A DNA stretch of 62,265 nucleotides, filler included, from Trichosphaerium sp. ATCC 40318 (lineage: Eukaryota > Protista > Tubulinea): assembly GCA_038496445.1 (NCBI GenBank). It is 3 parts of 3 records of this genome, joined end to end, with 100 filler letters (N's around TTAATTAATTAA, not from the genome) between each part and the next. Parts side by side here need not be neighbours in the genome. Positions count along the whole stretch, not along the records: positions 1 to 20,654 come from JALMLS010000410.1; positions 20,755 to 50,755 come from JALMLS010000245.1; 1 more part is not named here. One strand, given 5' to 3'. The notes under the pieces are model-generated. The model saw nothing but the letters and a program-made list of their open reading frames with translations, was not told the origin of the DNA and searched no databases. The stretch's first letter is position 1. Every line of letters begins with the position of its first letter. Below, piece by piece: positions 13,714 to 29,280 of this stretch. Position numbers and translations under genes: made by a program.

Positions 13714-14918
13714 ATGGGGAACAAACAACCTAAGCAATATACGCAATCCGCACTGCTGAATATGCCCAATGAAGTGTTGGTTTGTATTTTGGTTCAATGT
13801 AAACCGAATCAGCTAAGCACTACAAGACTTGTAAGTACACACTTCCACGACCTCACACACGCAGCTGCAAAACAAAGAGTACGTTTCACAGTTAACTAAA
13901 AAAAAAAACCGTAAGACGATATCAACAAAGTGTTATTTCTAGAATCTACGATCATATACTCCACAGATGAAAGATTTAACAGTTTATATGATGGGAAGCG
14001 GTGGTAGACTACTATTTATTCATTGTTTCTTTCTATTTACTTATTATTTTGCGAAACCAGGGACCTACAAGTCATGTTTCATGATACAATTTTGTAGTAA
14101 ATATTTCGCACGTGATTTTGTTTTTTTTGTTGACAACGGATTTGACTAACTTTTTGTTTGTTTAGAGATGGCAACACGATGCAACAACAGAATTGGTACG
14201 TTTTTTCGTATTCAACTCTGTTTTACTTTGTCGTAATTCTCTTTTTTAGTCTGATTGGTGCGATACACGATTTCTTTGCGTCTCCTCTGACTAATACAAA
14301 GAAAAATTATGAAAGTGGATGGACTTGATGTACAGTTCGATATCATAGATACAAATGGAGAAAGAGACGTAATTGCTTTTTGTGCAGATGTTAGCAGTAT
14401 GTTCTGACATTATTCTTTGTAGAATATTTCCATGCATGAGTCATGTGTAAGGAAATATGATTCTTTTATTATTGGATACTCTATTACTTCACTGAACTCC
14501 TATCACTATTGTTATGAATACATAATTCCTACCATTCTAAGAATTAAACAGAATGACGATTTTAACAAAGTACATCACTTCTTCATTATGAGTACGATTT
14601 AATCTTGTTTTTTAGATACCAGCAGTATTAATTGGAAACAAGAAAGATCTAACCAAAGAGCGTGAGGTCTCATATGCAGAAGGAAAAGGTGAAAAACATC
14701 AGCATGGTTTTTTTTTTCTGATTTTTTTCTGAATTTTTTTTGTAGCATTGGCTGACAAGTACAGTCTTCCTTTTTTAGAAACATCAGTAAAAACAAGAGA
14801 AAATGTTGATGAGACTATGATGACCTTAGCAAGAGAGTATTGGAGAAAAAATTGCTCAGGTGGACAAGCATCATCGCCTAAAAAGAAAAAGAAGAAAAAA
14901 TGGTACAAAATTGAATAA
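13714..14918 (+). CDS. F-box + Ras-like GTPase fusion, multi-exon
   Basis: MGNKQPK..LLNMPNEVLVCILVQCKPNQLSTTRLVSTHF (F-box); spliced VYMMGSGGTYKSCFMIQF (G1), RKIMKVDGLDVQFDIIDTNGER (G3), VLIGNKKD (G4), FLETSVKT (G5); polybasic tail KKKKKKKWYKIE*. Confidence 0.8.
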
Positions 14919-15337
14919 ACCTGGTTTCTGCTGTCTAAAAGCAACAAGAAATAGAATTCATCATTGAAAAACAATAAATTGATAAACAACCTACTACATG
15001 CGCTCTTGAAATTACCTCAATATGTTTGAGTTTGACTGAGTATACATTGTCAAGATGTTGTGCATCATTAATTTTGAGTCTGCTTAGAAATATTGACAGA
15101 CTGATGGTGTATCCTACTACCAATCCAAAATTTGTTATTATGAACAAAGATAATGTAAGAAAGTTGTTAGCAAGTAAAACAGTTAGATCAAGAATAGAGG
15201 AGTTCATTGCATATACATTTGAACATTACTAAAAATGAACATGCGCTTATTGGGTCTGATAGCGTTTCCTTCAATATAGCGTACTGTCTCTTGGACAATA
15301 ATGTTTAATTACTTCAATAGCACCAAGTGAACACTTA

Positions 15338-15992
15338 TTGTGTGTTACATGCAGATCAAAAGATTGTACTGCAAATGTACATAATGATGTGACATACAAC
15401 AACAATGAATGTCACAACAACACACCAACAAAGTGACACAACAACACAACAAGCTGACGACAGTGGACAAAGTGCACAGTATGGCAAAATCTAATAATAG
15501 TACTACTCAATAAAAAGAACAAAGTTCACTGTTCTCAAACTTTGAACCAGAAAAATCAATCCACACGCCAGATAAGCCAGAAAAAAAAGACGTACGTTTG
15601 AGTTTGTGCGTTTTGGTAGTTTTCACTCACATGTTATTTTAGGCTGCACTTTTATCCTCAAAGGTACACCACACAAAGATAATGCTAATTTGATTAGTTT
15701 AGCGGAAAAGGCTACTCTGGATTTGTGAATAAGTGCAGTTTTTTTAATGTCATGGAGTAATATTTTCTGATTCTCAGACCATTGTGAGCTTTTACTGCAC
15801 ACAATGTGTACATATTTATGAACGCTGTGTTAAAATTGTACTGTTGTACATTTTGTCGTCAGCTTGTTGTGTTGTTGTATGTCGTGTCACTTTGTTGTTG
15901 TGTTATTGTGACATTTCATTATTGTGTTGTTGTATGTCGTGTCATTCTGTGTATCTTGCAGTGCAATCTTTTGATCTGCATGTAACGCACAA
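15338..15992. mobile_element. Non-autonomous MITE-like element
   Basis: Imperfect inverted repeats of about 130-150 bp (TTGTGTGTTACATGCAGATCAAAAGATTG... / ...CAATCTTTTGATCTGCATGTAACGCACAA), flanked by TA on both sides; no coding capacity. Confidence 0.8.
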
Positions 15993-16002
15993 TACAATGC
16001 TT

Positions 16003-17183
16003 TTACATAAATGGCGTTGCTTTGATAATTTTGTGTGAGTCAATAATGACCATTGATGTGGGCGAAGTAGGAAGAATAGGAGAAGGTACAGGACGCGAAA
16101 TTGTAGGAAGTGAGGTTGTAGGAGGGGATGTAGTAGGCCATGGAGTAGATGCTGGTGTTGGTGGATCTAGAAAAACTTAGTTTTCTATCAACAATTTGTT
16201 TTGTGTTTATCAAATGTTCAGTAACGTACTCTCAGGACAAGATATCACAAAGCTTTCTGGGTTCCAAAACCCAATGTAGGAGTTATTATTGTCTTGTTGT
16301 ATAACAACCTATGTGGATTGTTACGATGGATGAACAAAAGCTGGAATTGAAATCAAGTATACCGTGATAACACAAGAAGTCTTAAACACAGCACTTGACT
16401 TTGTCATTCCTCTTGAGTTTGGTATGACAATACCATTGACAAAACCGGTTGAACTGCCAACCTAAAACAAAGTTAAACATATAGAATAAAAACCACGTGA
16501 TATCCAAACTTTGCGAGGAACAAATAACAAAATCATTTGGTATTAAAAAACCAACTAGTACACACCATAAGTGTTATTTTAAGAAACTCAGCATTGCCAT
16601 AAACCAAAGCCACATCAACGTCAACAGCTGTAGGTACCGCAACAACAGATAATACATTACTGTTTAGACCTGAGACTGAGACATCGTTGAACCATACTTG
16701 TAGAGGAGTTTGCAATAATGTAGTTTCATTGCTACAATCTACTTCTGAGTAATATAGTGATACTATCCCTGGTACACCAGCAAAAGTGAACACGTGGTTA
16801 TTCGAATGGGTTGTAACTGAAGAGTCTATATCACCAATCATTGATGAAGCTCCAACTTCAGTTTTGAACTAAGTGTAAATGAGCAAACAATCGGATAGTT
16901 TGGTTTTTTTTTTTTAAGGCGTACGCTAGTTAAGTTGTATCGTGTGAACTTGATGTCTGAGTTGCTGAGAGAATTTGTTTTCCCGTTGAATAAAGGTTCT
17001 AACTCTTGTGTGTTCAAGAAAGTATTCATCATTGGGTTTGTGAACGCACAGAGAGCACCTGTACCAGTAAATTTAATCATCACACAATAACACGGATGTT
17101 ATAAGGTTATTCTAGCGGTGCCAATACGTACCTTGAATGTATAGTAGCAATAGAAAGGATATGATACAATTGTGGAAACTCAT
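16003..17183 (-). CDS. Secreted protein with Pro/Thr/Ser-rich C-terminal stalk, multi-exon
   Basis: Signal peptide MSFHNCIISFLLLLYIQGALC; exons join in frame; tail DPPTPASTPWPTTSPPTTSLPT. Confidence 0.55.
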
Positions 17184-18006
17184 TGCGAAAAGTAAACTAA
17201 ATACAAACAAAGGTTTCAATGTCAAATATGGACGAATACCGCTTTGGGAATTTGACTTAAAAGCCTCCAGAAAACGAAAAGGTTATTTCAATGTTGTTGG
17301 GCTTAGTGCCGTTTATGACTGTTCTAACAATAAAGTAGTTTGACCATATATTTTTTGACTTCAACTTTATCTTGTTGTAAATCACGTGGTAGCTAGTGAA
17401 GCCTTATGTGATAAGATGTTATTTTGGTTTTTGAACAAAATACTAAGCTAGATGATTTGCTCATTTATAGAAATCTAAAAGCCTCGAACAGTGTTAAATA
17501 CCAGTTTTCACGCGTAGAAAATAACGCCTGGCATAAAAGAAGATAAAATGATGCATTTGTTGCGTTCTTTTTATTTGTTTTTATGAAAACTATCCTAGTC
17601 AATAGAAACGAGCGTGCAAGTTGTTTTGTTGCACGAAAAGGCTGTGTGGGATAACAACACAGCAGTGATTTTGGTGTCGTCTTTACAAGCCTCCTATTGT
17701 TTATAAGGGATACGTAGAAGACTGTTTAGCCTATGCCAAATCGAGTTGATTATTGTTGGCGTTGACTAACGTTGCTTTTTAACAAAAAAAGTAACGGATA
17801 TCCCTACAGCACTGTCACATTCATTACTTGGCTGGAAGACTATTTTATTGTTTTGTTTACACTGGTACAACAATAACCAAATTAAATTTGAAAACTATGA
17901 GCTTATATCGCCATGTAGGTGTATTAACATATCATTACGGCGATAGAGGGGCATTTGTATTGAAATACTAATTCGGAAACTTCCAAACTCTGTTCTAATC
18001 ATCCAT

Positions 18007-20632
18007 ATGTATCACCAACGCGTTCTAATAGCATTACTCCTGCTATGTCTTTCATTTCCACAAATACAGTCCACAATACATTATATGCTTCCTAACGCGA
18101 CTGGTGATGGTACAGGCAAAACACTGTCAACGTACGTTGTGTTTACTTGTTTTTCGGCTTTAGTCGCTTATTTTGCCAAAAGAGCTTCACCGACACTCAA
18201 ACTGCTTTCGACGAGAGTAGAGCCTGGTGATATTATTTATGTTCAGGGCGGATTGTACCAGGTTAACTTTACAACAGACCTTCTGCAGGGATTCAGAGGG
18301 AACGAAACGCATCAAATAACTATCACTAATTATCAAGGTAAAGTATTGTTAGCCTTTAGCAACTCCAAGAACGTTTTTTTCTCGGACACAATCAGAAAAA
18401 AAAAAAGAAAAAGTTTTTGCGCACGTGTATTCTCAAGGCGTTCCTATCTATATACCACAACGATTACCCCGGTTACCATAGTGTGTATGGGTCATACGGT
18501 ACCACTGGTATATCTCAAACGTGTTCTAGGCTTCAAGAATTGAGAAAAGAGTCGTGGTGTTGCAAAAACTTTTTTTTTGAAAAATTCAAACTTTAGCTTA
18601 TTTTTTTTTGCAGATGAAGACCCGGTATTTGAAATGCGTTCAAATGGAAGTATAAATTTAGGCAATGTCAGCTGGGGTGAGCTTTCTGCTCGTGCAGCTC
18701 TATCATTCCATACTCTAGTACACGTTCATATGTCAAACCTTCATGTCAACTACTCAGAATGTACGTACAAGGGCACAGCCTCCTGTGCTTGTGAAGTTTT
18801 CTTTCGAATAATTTTTTGTTTTTAGCACGTTGCTTGGGTTGTGATCATTGCGAACATGTATCTTTTACTAATATGACTCTATCTGGATGCGGAAGACATG
18901 GTGTTGTTATTGCTTCTGGTAGCCATGATATAACTTTGGAGAATATCACTATTGTTGGTGGTTCTCTTAAACGTGAGTACTTCTTTAGGTTTTTTTCACT
19001 CAAAAGTTTTTACGATATTTCTTGTTTCCTGTCTTGATTTCATTGTTGTAATACTTATGCTTACTATAGATTACAATCTCACATTTAATCTACCAATAGG
19101 TTCGTATTTTTTAGAACAAGTCGTTGATTGATTCAATCAAAAAAGATAAAATAACATTCTTTTTTAGGCATATCGTTATACGACAATATTTCACGTATAA
19201 CAGTCAATAACGCTCATATAACAAAATGTATGTCACCTATAGCTTTTTATAAGGGAGTATCAAATGTTGTACGTATACATACCATCAAAATAGAGAACTA
19301 AAATCACTAAATGAAAAAAAAACTAACTGCCAGATCTCGACATTCTCTTTTATTAAATACTTTTTTTGTTATTACTTCAGTACATCACCTTATTGTTGGG
19401 TAACCGCCCAGGCTATCCTGTCCGTTTTGAAGCCAAAAAACCAAAAAAACTAAAAATAGTTACTCATTTATAAATAGCACGTGTCAAATATGTTCTATAA
19501 AGCAAATAGCTTGGATGAATGGTTTGGTATGATTTTTGACTCTAATGACCCTTTCGCTGAAGTATTTACGAACATAACTATCACAAGGTACATACACATT
19601 GTGACCACCATTTTTGTCATTTTTCCTTTGTCGCTTTTTCTTCTTTTTCACGTGTCTTCTTCTCTTTACTTTGAACTTTCCTCACCTTGTTTTCTTATTG
19701 CACACATAGGTCTCATTTAATATTTTTTCCGTCTTCTTCAGTGAAGTTTATACAAATACCCAACCCCATAATACTACTCAGAAATATAACACTTTCAAAT
19801 TCTATGATTGTTGATGCTCCTCTCTTCACAGGACAATCTTCTGTGCTAGAGAGTCTTCAATATGGATTTGATGTTATTTTCAATGTATTTAAGGTAAAAT
19901 CAGAGTATACTCCATTGGATGAATCATGCTGTGTGTTCAAAAACAACATATTTGTTGGGTACGGTTCAAATCATCGTTTTAGGCTCTTTTTTTTTGACTG
20001 AAATTTTGTTGACCCCATGTGACTTGTATTAACTTCATATCATAGTCCTGTAAACTTTTCAAGTATAAGCGTAATACCTGAAACATATTCTCATAATAAC
20101 TTCCATTCTACTTCATTTAATAATGAAGGAAACAGAACTGAAATTCCTGGTGAGAACACTTTTTATGATTCAAGGTTTGTTGGTACAATTGGAAGAGATT
20201 TTCCTCTAACAAACGCTGTACTATATCCTTCATCTCCAATACTTCAAAAAGGAACACCTCTAGATAATGAATTACTCGACTACGACATGATTCAGCGTGG
20301 TAATCCTCCTTCAATTGGTAAGCAAACAAGTTTTGTAATTTCTGATTGTTGAAGGCATGTTCGAGACACCGTCTGAATTTACAGCACCGTCAACCACTGA
20401 ATCTCCAACAACTGAATCTCCAACCACTGAATCGCCAACACCTATTGCATGTATTGGCGAAGGTGTTATAGGTTCGGAGTGCCTTAATGGCACATGGACT
20501 GTTGATGGAAACTTTGATAAGAATATAGGCTCTACCACACCTGAGATAGATTTTGACTTGCAAGATAATTTATTCACTGTTACAGGTACACAAAAAGACA
20601 TCATCCTAGGCTTCATAGAAAATACATCTTGA
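18007..20632 (+). CDS. Secreted right-handed parallel beta-helix (pectin-lyase-like) protein, multi-exon; may be truncated at the gap
   Basis: Signal peptide; VEPGDIIYVQGGLY..GNETHQITITNY..EDPVF motif; repeated I-T-x-x-N-x-x-I strands; TTESP tandem linker. Confidence 0.6.
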
Positions 20633-20654
20633 AACTTTTTCAAAACACAAAAAC

Positions 20655-20754
20655 NNNNNNNNNNNNNNNNNNNNNNNNNNNNNNNNNNNNNNNNNNNNTT
20701 AATTAATTAANNNNNNNNNNNNNNNNNNNNNNNNNNNNNNNNNNNNNNNNNNNN
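20655..20754. other. Assembly gap with artificial all-frame stop linker
   Basis: N44-TTAATTAATTAA-N44. Confidence 0.97.
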
Positions 20755-20870
20755 ACTGTTTATCAATACTGTGTTGCTCATGGCCACCACTGTTGTACAA
20801 TACTGAACAACAAGAAAAAAAAAAGCAATTTATTTGAAATACAACTTGACGGTGAGTACAAGCTGAGTTA

Positions 20871-22412
20871 TCACAAAAAGTCACGTATAGTGTACGATTG
20901 GTATGGTGAATGTTGTTCTAGATGTTCATATGCAGGTTTTTTTCCATTAATTATTAAAGTACCACAAGACCAAACAAAGAAATAAGACATTCTTGCTGAA
21001 ACAGAATCACATCTGCAATGCTTAAGAGGTCCAAATAAATACAAGATACCATAATCAGTGATAAGAGGACAATCATTTGCAGTCAAATTAGTGACTCCAT
21101 AGAGAGATATAATGCTGTCATCCGTAATATTTTGACATCCAGAAATATCAAGTTTTTCTACACCAACAAGATATTTTAATCCTTTATCTGTAATTTCACT
21201 ACAATTAACCAAACTGACATCACGTGCTCCTGAAATATACTTCAAACCTTCATCTGTTATAAAAAAACAGTGATCAAGTTTTATCTCTGAAACACCTCCC
21301 AGTGCTTTCAAAGACAAGTCGGTAATTAATGTGCAATTTTTTAGATTTATCTTGTATACTCCACGTAATGCTGAGACACCTTCATCAGTGATATAGTCAC
21401 AGCCACTTAGTGATATTGTGTGAACACCTGCAAGGTATGATATACCCAATGAAGTCACATTGAAACAGTTATCTAATAGAATTGTATGTACACCTTTAAG
21501 ACACTTAAGACCAATATCTGTTATAAATGTATCACAAATGTCGATTGTGTGAACTCCTGATAGCGCCTTCATACACTTATCACCAATGTTACAACGATTC
21601 AAGTTGATAGTGTGTATACCAGAAAGCGCTGATACACCTTTATCAGTGATATAAGGATTCCTGTGGATAATAAGCTTTTTAACACCTGCAAGTGCTTTCA
21701 ATCCAACATCTGTCAGATTATTTGATCCAAAGTTGTATCCAATAGGAGCAAGCTTTGCTTCTTTGACACCTGCCAAAGATGCGTATCCTTCGTCAGATAC
21801 TTTGTCACAGTTACTGATTCTTATTGTTTTAACACCAGCAAGTGCTCCAACACCTTTGTTAGTGATGTTGTTGCAAAAAGATAAGTCAATGGTTGGCACT
21901 CTAGAAATAGCTTCCAGATTACTGTCAGTAACACACTCCCCAATCAATGATATTTCTTTGAGTCTAGAGAGTGATTTTAGACCTTTTGGAGTGATTATTT
22001 CATTAGGAACAAAGGAAAGCTTGGTAATATTCGTAAGCGCTGACAAACCAACATCCGTGATAGTACTACGACCAATATCTAGTGTGCGGACGTTTCCGAA
22101 GTGTGTTATGACCTCATCGCTGATTTTTCTGATGTCCATCCTCAGATTATACGCTCCGTAAAGAAGAATGGCTATTTCTGGCCTCAATAGCATTGATACA
22201 TGAATATGGGTTGACTTTAAAAGTCCTTTGTTCTTGCAGAGGTCCAGTACGTTGTAATTTTTTGCGTCAATGTTAGCAAAGCCAATATCATTTCGTACTA
22301 CGTGTAGAAACTGTTTACAGGTCAAAGAGATAGATTTCAGATTTGAAGTGCGTAAGAACATCAGGATTTCGCATACCATCTCTCGTGGTAGCGATGACAT
22401 AAAGCAAGTCAT
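20871..22412 (-). CDS. Intronless F-box + cysteine-containing LRR protein (513 aa)
   Basis: FMSSLPREMVCEILMFLRTSNLKSISLTCKQF (F-box) followed by many LxGVxxIxLxxCxxITDxG repeats. Confidence 0.9.
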   Translation of the reverse strand: MTCFMSSLPREMVCEILMFLRTSNLKSISLTCKQFLHVVRNDIGFANIDAKNYNVLDLCKNKGLLKSTHIHVSMLLRPEIAILLYGAYNLRMDIRKISDEVITHFGNVRTLDIGRSTITDVGLSALTNITKLSFVPNEIITPKGLKSLSRLKEISLIGECVTDSNLEAISRVPTIDLSFCNNITNKGVGALAGVKTIRISNCDKVSDEGYASLAGVKEAKLAPIGYNFGSNNLTDVGLKALAGVKKLIIHRNPYITDKGVSALSGIHTINLNRCNIGDKCMKALSGVHTIDICDTFITDIGLKCLKGVHTILLDNCFNVTSLGISYLAGVHTISLSGCDYITDEGVSALRGVYKINLKNCTLITDLSLKALGGVSEIKLDHCFFITDEGLKYISGARDVSLVNCSEITDKGLKYLVGVEKLDISGCQNITDDSIISLYGVTNLTANDCPLITDYGILYLFGPLKHCRCDSVSARMSYFFVWSCGTLIINGKKPAYEHLEQHSPYQSYTIRDFL

Positions 22413-22637
22413 TTACGCAACACGTTGTAAGAATTGTTTTGAACGAGCTTTGACCAGCATTGGGTAAAAAAAAACTGCCAAAAAGATTGTCGGCGACGGT
22501 TCTGAGGCGCTTCAATGCAAGTCAGACTCTGGGCATGGATCTCTCGTATCCTGCTGTTAGGTGGAGTAATTCCATAACCAAAATAGTGTAATGATTGCTC
22601 GTGGTTTTTTTATTTGGTTTTTTTTTTTGATACAATT

Positions 22638-25600
22638 TCAAATGTGTGAGAAGTTATTGCTTGTTGAGAATACTGAAAAATTTCCTACGCCATCACATGA
22701 TGAGTCATTTACATAATTAGTATGTCCAATAGCCCAATAAGAAGTTAACTTTCTTTTAAAATCATCGTTAAAGTATCCTTGTAGTGTTAGTTTCTTTAAG
22801 CAAGATAAAACCAATAAAGATTCAGCAAATCTTTCTTCTTGATGTTCTTTGATATCTGGTAAAGTGACTGAAAGTTCTTTAATACTAGGTCTCCTCTCTG
22901 GTTGTGTTTTAAACGTATTAAACAATAATAAAACTCCTTCATAAGATAAAGATGTTCCACGTAGATCAAGAGTCTGTAAGCTTCTAGAAGTATGCAAAAA
23001 CTGAGCAAGTAGCCCACAAACCTCATCTGTAAGATTACAACGGCTGATATCTAAGTGCTCCTATGTAACAACAATATATTAGCTATCAAAGTAATGATGA
23101 AAGAGATGTACCAGTTTGTATAGTTTATACAAAGAAGGTATTAGATTTGAAAAACTCGAAAAAGAGAGGCATCTTGATAAGTCAAGTATTTGAATTGAAG
23201 AACTTAACGATAATCCAGAGCGCAGACCAGAAATGAATTTATCATCTAAATGACTACCCGATAAAATAAGTTTGTTCAGTCTTACTGTAACAAGAAAGTC
23301 TTTAAGAGCGACAGATATCCCAGAGCAACAAGAAGAACCAAAGTTATCTTTAAGGATGAAATTCTACAATAAACGCGTCAGCTTGTACAGAAAGAATGGT
23401 CTCCTTAGGTTGACATTGAAGACCCAGGACGCTCTACAAAATAACCCCAAGAAAAGCTCATACCTTTAGTGGGCACTGCCTATCAGCCCAATCTCTACTA
23501 TAATACAAAAAGAAATCTCTTAAACCTTCACCAGATATATTATTACGAGAAAGGTCCAAAGTATGTAGGCTACGTGCGTGGCCAAACACCTAACGATAAT
23601 CCCGTTAAACTAGTAAACGTGAGGCATGTTTTTGACGTACTTTCTGCTTTAGCAACAGAGAAATCAATGTTTGATCAATCCAGCAACCAGCTAGCTCCAA
23701 TACCTCTAGTTTACCACATTGTAGTAATACCATGCATAGCTGATGTATACTTGAATTGCAAAGGTGGTTATCTGAAAGGTTTAAAGTCTTCAAGTGCTTC
23801 AACCCACTGGCAGCCTTTAGAATATTGCTAATGTAAGGGTGTTGTAAGTTATTATCGCTGAAATCCAATAACGTGAGATTTGCTAAGTTTTCATGATGTA
23901 ACACTTGTGCGAATTGCTTAGCTGTGCTCTGTGCTATATAAGAGGTTATTTGCTGTAAAACAAACATAAACTAATCACGTAAAGCTCATAGCGCTACGTG
24001 AATAAAAAAACTACGAACCAAGCAAGGCACCACGCCAAAACATCAGCTTATTGATCTTAGGACGATGCGAGTCGCGGATAAGTTTAAGTGCAACATCAGC
24101 TTGGCTACGTTCTTCAACTTTGAGCTCGCTTTTCTCCTCAGATTCCTTCAGAGCTGATAACATACGAACTTTTGGGTTGTATTCGGAAGCGTAGATATCT
24201 GCCATTGTTTTTTCTTTAACTGAATGTTTCGTTTAGAGCAGGTTAGAAATCTCTTAACATACCTTCAATCTCTATGCGATAAGCATCAACGGATGGATCT
24301 ACAATATCATTATATACAAGATCATCAGGGTCCATGTCATATTCTCCTTTTAGCTTGAAAGCATTTACTTTTACAGCCTTTTCATCTATTTTAGTTTTTT
24401 TGCTGTATCGTGTTATCACAATCGCACAAAATCGCTCAACGGTCAACTAAATAGACGACTTAGAATAACATAGATGTGTTTAAGGCGTACCGCCTCAATA
24501 TCAACTCCTCGTGGTACTTGCACATAAAGTCTCATCTCTGAACCACCTTTAGGAGCAACAACAACCACAAATCCACTAGAACGCGACTAGTATGCTGTAA
24601 GAAAACATAGGTAATCCAAGATGGAAAAAGTCTGTAGACTAGTACATTTCGCCTAGAACTCGAAGAAACAGTATCAATAGCCATATCATCTTTACTTTCG
24701 TCATCACTGATATTGACACGTTCGTCTGGTTTAAACTGTGGAATTCTATTACTTGACTGGTGAGGTGAATCGATGATCATGATGTCGTTTACTGCAGAAT
24801 CTATACGTGCTCTACAATAATGGTGAGTTAAATAACAATAAAAAATAAAGGCATTACTCACTTTTTGCTTGGTCTATGATGCTCGTCGACTGTACTGCCT
24901 TCGTCATCGTCATGCACCATATCAATAAAATTTCTCTTTTTACGTTCCTTTTTAGGAGACAATCGCCGTTTGAATGGGGATTTCTTTTTTGGACTTGGGG
25001 ATCGTGTTGTGTCATTGGTAGGAAATAAAGGATCATAGACTAATACATTACTAAGAATTCGAAAAAAAACTTCAAGTACCCATTTCAACGTCATTGACGA
25101 TAAAGTCGTCTCGGAATGCTGGGATATCAGGTATCTAAAGTATGTTAAAAAGCAACCCTTTTGTTTGATATGAAGCTAACCTCATCCTCGATGTCGCTTG
25201 CTCTACAAAATAATCAACACGACAAAGCAAATATAACAAAAAACAAAACGCACTTTTCTAGGTTCTCCAAGCTATCTTCATCACTGTCATCCCTCCCAAA
25301 CACTGTTCTAGCACTCCTACCATTTGAGAATAATGTACTTCCGCTTTTTTGAGACCTACATAAAGTAAGAGAAATTAGAGTTGAAATGTTTTACAACAAC
25401 AAGTTTAGCCAACTTGCACGTGCAAATTGTATAGCTAAACGTACTGTGAAGGATCATCAAATATTGGAAGAGATTTTTTTGATCCATCTGGTATTGATAG
25501 AAGGTCTGGGATGGCCTGTTTTCGAAGTTTCGAGAAACGCGCCCGTTCTCTATCGCGGTTAAATTTCTAGGTAATTGTTATTCGTTTCTTGTAGGTTACG

Positions 25601-25943
25601 CTGAATTTAGGCGTTTGTGTACTTGTAGAGCTGATAACCGTTTTTCCTTTGATTTTTCTGCCGTAGGCGAGTGGAAATTGTCTGCTACGGGAGGTTCAAG
25701 CTCATGAAATGTCTGTACGAGTAGTTAGAAGAAAAAATAACCACTACAAACCTGTTTTTGTTTCAGCGTAGAGAAGTCGTCTACAAATATTATGTTATTC
25801 ATAACCAACGAGTTTTTAATACCTTTAGCAACGAAATCGCTCAATTGATTATTACAGGGTAGCGCGGCCTCATTTAAATGTATTTGAGCAGGAAATAGTA
25901 CTGTCTTGCCCTTCAGGCGCGCAGAGGCTCTCCCTGTCGACAT
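22638..25943 (-). CDS. Multi-exon protein with ubiquitin-like domain and RI-type LRRs (resembles the Tonsoku C-terminal half)
   Basis: Low-complexity charged N-terminus; UBL-like TVERFCAIVITRY..FKLKGEYDMDPDDLV; LRRs LTLLDFSDNNL, LKTLNLSDNHL, LEVLELAGCWI, LQTLDLRGTSL. Confidence 0.6.
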
Positions 25944-26115
25944 TTATTCGTCATCCATAATTGTTTCACAATTGTAACGGCTGTATTATTGCTGTCGTCC
26001 AAACACGACACCAAATGTGGTATTAACGCAATAAAACTTTGTTGGGTTTCGTGCTCAAATACGAAAAATGTAAAAAGTTTTTGTCGCCCAAATCTGTCCT
26101 TGTTGTTTATTCACA

Positions 26116-28959
<2,844 letters not shown>

Positions 28960-29110
28960 ACAATAATCGACACTAAGTCTTTTTTTATTTATTGCAGATA
29001 TCAATACAAAAGCAGCAATAAAATCAGTTTTATCAGTTCCTTTACAATACTAAATGTCACTATCACGTGATATCGTTTTTGTTTTTCGGAATGTTCGCGT
29101 GCATGCATCC

Positions 29111-29164
29111 GTCTAGATCCCGTAACCCTACAGTTAAGAGCTTCCCGCTCAACCAACTGAGCTA
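29111..29164 (-). pseudogene. Degenerate tRNA-Lys(CTT) fragment
   Basis: Ungapped 43/54 match to the tRNA at 40253-40306; acceptor arms lost. Confidence 0.7.
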
Positions 29165-29280
29165 AGGATAAAAATATGTTTATTAAGCCAAAAAGGCTGG
29201 CTTAAAGTACTTCACTTCGGTAACAAGATTGTTTCTTTAATCTTGACAAACAGTGTCCGTCGACCGTTTGTTCTTACAAC

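Noticed and set aside
20380-20445. TTESP tandem repeat
   Set aside because: Ordinary mucin-like linker in a secreted protein.
20699-20710. TTAATTAATTAA palindrome inside N runs (also 50800-50811)
   Set aside because: Artificial contig linker with stops in all frames; adjacency across these gaps is not evidence of linkage.
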